Source: Candidatus Velthaea sp. (GTDB lineage: Bacteria > Vulcanimicrobiota > Vulcanimicrobiia > Vulcanimicrobiales > Vulcanimicrobiaceae). Taken from it: DNA of 12,202 nt. Under the pieces are notes generated by a model. That model did not search any database and had not been told where the DNA came from. It was given only the letters and a program-made list of their open reading frames with translations. Where the stretch lies: assembly GCA_050012475.1 (NCBI GenBank), contig JBEKHC010000125.1:1-12202 (forward strand), given 5' to 3'. Position 1 is the first letter of the stretch. Every line of letters starts with the position of its first letter. The translations under genes and the position numbers were made by a program. Below are positions 8,307 through 12,202 of this stretch, piece by piece.

Positions 8307-8510
8307 GATGTCTATCCGCGAGCAAGCCGAGTTCGAGTTTGGCGAACGTCCTTGTTCGATCGGGGACGACAAACGCATCGTAAGCCGATGGCTGACTGAA
8401 AGCGCGCCGGCCGCACCCGAGGTGAAACACCGCCGCGGGGGAGGTGAACCGGCACCGCTGGGAAGCTGGTTCCGTTTTGCGACCGGCCATACCGGAGCTG
8501 ATCGAATGAA

Positions 8511-8545
8511 TTGCGCGAGTAGACTAAGTCTGATAGACTAGATTC
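8511..8545 (+). promoter_or_regulatory. Toxin-antitoxin promoter with overlapping autoregulatory operator
   Basis: TTGCGC (8511-8516), 17-bp spacer, TGaTAGACT (-10 at 8534-8539), 6 nt, then ATG at 8546. Palindrome AGACT-A-AGTCT (8521-8531) and direct repeat TAGACTA (8520-8526 and 8534-8540). Confidence 0.75.
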
Positions 8546-8794
8546 ATGAGCAAGACCGTCAACATGCACGAAGCCAAGACGCAGCTATCGCGCCTCGTGC
8601 AAGAGTTGCGCGACGGGCAAGAAAGCGAAGTCATCATAACGGTCTCCGGTAAATCGCGCGCCCGGCTTGTCCCCTATACGCGCAGAAACCGCGCTCTTGG
8701 CATCGACCGCGGATTTGTTTCCGTTGGTCCCTCTTTCGGCGCTGCCGACGCGGAGATCGCTTCACTTTTCAGCTCCGGAGACGAAATCCGGTGA
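8546..8794 (+). CDS. Phd/YefM-family antitoxin
   Basis: N-terminal signature TVNMHEAKTQLSRLV...EVIIT..GK..ARLVP; 82 aa; GTGA overlap with the downstream toxin. Confidence 0.93.
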   Translation: MSKTVNMHEAKTQLSRLVQELRDGQESEVIITVSGKSRARLVPYTRRNRALGIDRGFVSVGPSFGAADAEIASLFSSGDEIR

Positions 8795-9216
8795 CCGGCG
8801 ACGCGGGAACGTCGGAATCGACGCAACTCCGCGTCCTGCTCGATACGAATGTCTTTCTCTGGGCCATCCAAGAGCCGGAAATTCTCAACGAAGCTGCTCG
8901 CGAGGCGATAGCAGACCCGAATACCGAAGTGTTCGTGTCGTCGGCTGTTGCATGGGAAATCGCGATCAAACACGCTAAAGGTCATTTACCGCTGCCCCTT
9001 CCACCGCTGATTTACGTTCCGTCGCGAACGAAGGCCCTCGGCTTTATCGACTTACCGATCACGCAAGAACATGCGCTCGCGATCAGCCTCCTGCCGGCGA
9101 TCCACGCAGATCTGTTCGATCGGATCATGATCGCGCAGGCCCAAGTGGAGGGTCTCGCGTTCGTAACCCGCGACGCTCGCGTAACGGCGTATCCGGTCAA
9201 GACGATCCAGGCTTGA
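8791..9216 (+). CDS. vapC: VapC-family PIN-domain toxin
   Basis: LLDTNVFLW, SSAVAWEIAIK, HADLFDRIMIAQA and FVTRD supply the conserved acidic PIN residues; coupled to the antitoxin. Confidence 0.93.
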   Translation: MTGDAGTSESTQLRVLLDTNVFLWAIQEPEILNEAAREAIADPNTEVFVSSAVAWEIAIKHAKGHLPLPLPPLIYVPSRTKALGFIDLPITQEHALAISLLPAIHADLFDRIMIAQAQVEGLAFVTRDARVTAYPVKTIQA

Positions 9217-9578
9217 GAGAGCGACGTCGCCGCTCATCGACAGCGCAAAGTCCGACTCGCGCTTGGGTTCGACGATGACGCGCGCGCGGCACTATTTGGT
9301 CGTTCTCGAACTGCGCCGCTGCGCCGGCCGGAATCTGAATCTTGACGCGGCGCGAAACATCGCTTGAGCCCGGCGGCGTACCGGTCGCAAAAAAAAACGG
9401 TTCGTCGCCGCCTGCAGCGGTCTTGATCCAGCAGCCGGCGATACGCGGCCCGCGGCTGCAGGCTCGCGCTATCCTGACTCCGGGAACGAATCCGTCGCTT
9501 GAACTGCTTTTGAGCTCGGGGTCGGCTGAGGCCGCTTCGGCAAATCGAACGTATCGCCCGGCGCCGACGATCGCGCCT

Positions 9579-10964
9579 CTATCGCGATGCGATCAAGCTC
9601 TGCAAGAATGCCCAGGCAACTTGCGGGCCGCCGACGTCGCCATGACCGGAAATGAACGCGTCGCCGGTTAGGTTGCGGATCACTTTGCCGGCGGGTAATT
9701 CCGCGTAGGTGGCTTGGCCATCGAGCAACGTATCGTCGAAGGCCTCCGCCGTTTGTTGCGCGCCGCTCGCACCCATTCCGCCCCACGGGCTGTTGGCCGT
9801 CCCCGGAACGCTGATCGGAATCGCGGTCGACGTGTCGCGAGCGATGAACGATGCAATCGGATAAGCCGCGCCGACGGCCCAGTCGTGCGAGCTGTGGGTA
9901 ATCAGGATGCCGCGTGCCTTCTGCTTGCCGATCACGTCCCGAAACGCGCCGGTCGGCCGCGCACCGTCCGCCGGAGCGAGTCCGTAATGCGAGAATGCGG
10001 CCTGCAGAAGTGACATCGTGCGAACCTGCAAGCCGTCCGGCAATGCATTTGCAAGCGACGTCACGAGCCGTCCGCCGAAGCTGTGCCCTACGAGATGCAC
10101 CCGCAGCGCGGGTTTCGCTTGGAGGGCCGCGGCTACGAGCGGCGCGGCTCCTGTTTGTCCGACCGTTCCAGCACGCTCCTTCATCACGTAGTAGGTCGTG
10201 AGATTCAAGAGCATGTTGGCGGCCCGTTTGACGTCGCCAATCGGATCGAAGCCTTGCGCCGCGCCCGCACCCGTGGCAGCCGGTGCGGCATCGTCGCCGA
10301 TGGTTTCCGCGCCGCCTCCCTCGGCCGCAGGCGTCGTTCCGGATGCGCCGAGTTGCGTCTGGATGTCTTGCAAGATATCCGCGCCCGTGCGTTCGGAGAA
10401 TCCCGCTTTGCTCGCGTCGAGACCCGGATCGGATTCGCTCGCCGCGGGGAAGAGTGCGGCGAGCGCGGCGACGTAGGCGTTTTGCCCGGCCTCGGTATCG
10501 AGCGAGGAAACGCGCGCCATTGCCGTATCGAGCAGCGCCTGCTGCGCGGGATCGAATTGGCCCTGCGCATCTTTGAGATTCGCGATCTGCCCGGCGATCG
10601 AAGCGCCGTAGTCCCGCGCCGGCGGATCATCGATTGCGGCGGCGCCGCCCGGGATCAAGTCGCTCTCGTCGAATTTTTTCGAGGGCCAATACAGCGCGAG
10701 AATCCCCGTGCGCTGCTGATCGGCCGGCGTCAATCCAGCAGCGCTCCAACGTTCGGCGACGCTCGCAAAGAACTGCGTGTACAGCGCACGCGCGTCGTCG
10801 ACGTCGTTGTTCCAGCCGTGCGACATAACGATCAAATCATCGATCCCGGGCAGCATTGCAGTGATCGCCGCTTGGGCCCCGGCCCCGTCGATCGGACCAA
10901 GCGGCGTGATCGTCGCATTCTTGTCGAACGGTACCTCGACGGTTCGAAACGGCCCGAAATTCAT
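9579..10964 (-). CDS. Alpha/beta-fold hydrolase with a large internal insertion
   Basis: Oxyanion-type HGWNN (aa 49-53), LYWPS, nucleophile elbow VHLVGHSFGGR (Ser295, 10080-10082), SLLQAAFS and a C-terminal GHGD as candidate catalytic His. No obvious signal peptide. An AGGAG Shine-Dalgarno overlaps the upstream TAG. Confidence 0.85.
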   Translation of the reverse strand: MNFGPFRTVEVPFDKNATITPLGPIDGAGAQAAITAMLPGIDDLIVMSHGWNNDVDDARALYTQFFASVAERWSAAGLTPADQQRTGILALYWPSKKFDESDLIPGGAAAIDDPPARDYGASIAGQIANLKDAQGQFDPAQQALLDTAMARVSSLDTEAGQNAYVAALAALFPAASESDPGLDASKAGFSERTGADILQDIQTQLGASGTTPAAEGGGAETIGDDAAPAATGAGAAQGFDPIGDVKRAANMLLNLTTYYVMKERAGTVGQTGAAPLVAAALQAKPALRVHLVGHSFGGRLVTSLANALPDGLQVRTMSLLQAAFSHYGLAPADGARPTGAFRDVIGKQKARGILITHSSHDWAVGAAYPIASFIARDTSTAIPISVPGTANSPWGGMGASGAQQTAEAFDDTLLDGQATYAELPAGKVIRNLTGDAFISGHGDVGGPQVAWAFLQSLIASR

Positions 10965-10975
10965 GATCTGCGCTC

Positions 10976-12202
10976 CTAAACGGCCTGGATCGTACGCATG
11001 ATGTCGACGAGACCGGAGCCTTGAAAGGTCGGGTCTCGGCGCAGATCGGTCGCGTTATCGACGAAAAGCGCCTTTACGGTTTCCGGCTGTCCTACGTACT
11101 CTTTGCGAATCGAAAGAAAGCTTGCGATCAAGCCCGAGACGTGCGGCGCCGCCATGCTCGTCCCCGAGTCTTCTTTATGCGTATACTGATCGGGGGCGAT
11201 CGTCGCGGTCGTTCCATCGGGCTTCGAGATCGTTGCGGGCAAACGGCTCTGCGCGGAGGCACACGAGATGATGCGCTCGCCGGGCGCGACCAGATCGGGC
11301 TTCCGGCGCCCGTCGCCGGTCGGCCCCTTCGACGAGAAATACGACACCCCGTACAAGTGCGGTTCGTTCCGGTGCGTCGACCCGACGGTGATTGCGAGGT
11401 TCGCGTTGCCGGGGTCGTTGATCGTTTGCGCGAGCGTCGAGGCCCAGCCCTTCGTGTACGCCGTGCTCACCGTGCCGTAGCCGGAATTGCCGGCTGCTAC
11501 GACGACCACGACCCCCGAGCGCACGAGCCGATCGACCTCCTGGCAAAGCGGGCTCTGTCCGCAACCGAACCACTTCGCATCGAATGGATAGCCGGCGCTC
11601 AGGTTGACTCCGGCGATGACGATCCGCCGGCCGTAGCCGTTGAGCTCCTGAATTGCTTCGAAAGCATCGATGATCGCGGAAACTTGGCCGCCGCCATCGT
11701 TGTCGAGTACGCGCATGCTGACCAGCGTGCACTGCGGCGCCATCCCCGTGATGACCGGCGGGTACTCGATAACGCGTTCGTCGGCGCCCGCTCCGTTGCG
11801 CTTCGTACGCAGCACGGCCGGACGCGCGGCGTTCGCTTCGTCCGCAGGCGCACTCCAGCTTCCGGCGATGATACCCGCAACATGCGTTCCGTGTCCTAAC
11901 GCGTCGACGAGCGCGCTCGGGTCGTCTTTGGCCGGGTCGGCGGCGCGCGGGCCGGTTCCGCTGAAATCGCGGTGGTACAGCGGACGGCGCGCGTCGAGGA
12001 CGAGATTTTTGTTCGCGGCGAATTGGGGATGCGTCGCGTCGATTCCCGAATCGAGCACGGCCCAGACGATGTCTTTTCCGAAAGCCCCGTAGGCAATGTG
12101 CGCGGCGTCCGCCTTGACCGTCGCGATCGACTTGGTGATCAGGGCCTGGACTCGGCTGTCCTCCCAAATCTGGTGAATCGCGATCGGTCCGGTAGCAGGG
12201 TT
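10976..12202 (-). CDS. S8 family subtilisin-like serine peptidase (5' end outside the window)
   Basis: Catalytic triad motifs AVLDSGID, GHGTHVAGII and SGTSMAAPHVSG, plus the oxyanion motif VVAAGN. The frame is open from 12058 to the window end (NPATGPIAIHQIWEDSRVQALITKSIATVKADAAH...). Confidence 0.96.
   Translation of the reverse strand, partial: NPATGPIAIHQIWEDSRVQALITKSIATVKADAAHIAYGAFGKDIVWAVLDSGIDATHPQFAANKNLVLDARRPLYHRDFSGTGPRAADPAKDDPSALVDALGHGTHVAGIIAGSWSAPADEANAARPAVLRTKRNGAGADERVIEYPPVITGMAPQCTLVSMRVLDNDGGGQVSAIIDAFEAIQELNGYGRRIVIAGVNLSAGYPFDAKWFGCGQSPLCQEVDRLVRSGVVVVVAAGNSGYGTVSTAYTKGWASTLAQTINDPGNANLAITVGSTHRNEPHLYGVSYFSSKGPTGDGRRKPDLVAPGERIISCASAQSRLPATISKPDGTTATIAPDQYTHKEDSGTSMAAPHVSGLIASFLSIRKEYVGQPETVKALFVDNATDLRRDPTFQGSGLVDIMRTIQAV

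Noticed and set aside
8341..8420. Superficial resemblance to a c-di-GMP-I riboswitch (GGCGAAC...GGGACG.CAAA) or a hammerhead core
   Set aside because: The GNRA tetraloop/receptor arrangement and an exact CUGANGA core are missing.
8305..8541. 78-aa + strand ORF and the overlapping 85-aa - strand ORF upstream of the antitoxin
   Set aside because: No recognisable motif or RBS. The ORFs run across the terminator T-run and/or the TA promoter and operator.
9342..9671. 109-aa + strand ORF in the vapC-hydrolase spacer
   Set aside because: TTG start without support, no family motif, and an antisense overlap with the hydrolase 3' end.
1..12202. CRISPR array, tRNA/rRNA, integrase or transposase
   Set aside because: No regularly spaced repeats, cloverleaf or recombinase/transposase motifs were seen by eye.

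Overview
GC-rich bacterial window with three parts. (1) Left, + strand: a probably 5'-truncated STAND/AAA-ATPase-LuxR regulator, followed by a candidate activator box, a -10 element and a leaderless 23-codon ORF coupled (TGATG) to an 82-aa hypothetical ORF. (2) Centre: a minus-strand housekeeping run, plsX - hemW - yacL-like PIN/TRAM - ispD - ispF, divergent from rpmB (L28). IspD carries an extra ~80-aa C-terminal domain resembling EF-G domain V, and the plsX-hemW spacer is densely structured. (3) Right, accessory-looking: a Phd/YefM-VapC toxin-antitoxin pair with a clear operator/promoter, converging on an S8 subtilase (start outside the window) tightly coupled to an alpha/beta hydrolase. The hydrolase has a large insertion flanked by GG/GA-AA motifs, making the pair a candidate protease-activated effector module. 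The gene content and composition would fit Vulcanimicrobiota (Eremiobacterota), but this is an impression only. All family calls come from motif recognition by eye, with no database searches.
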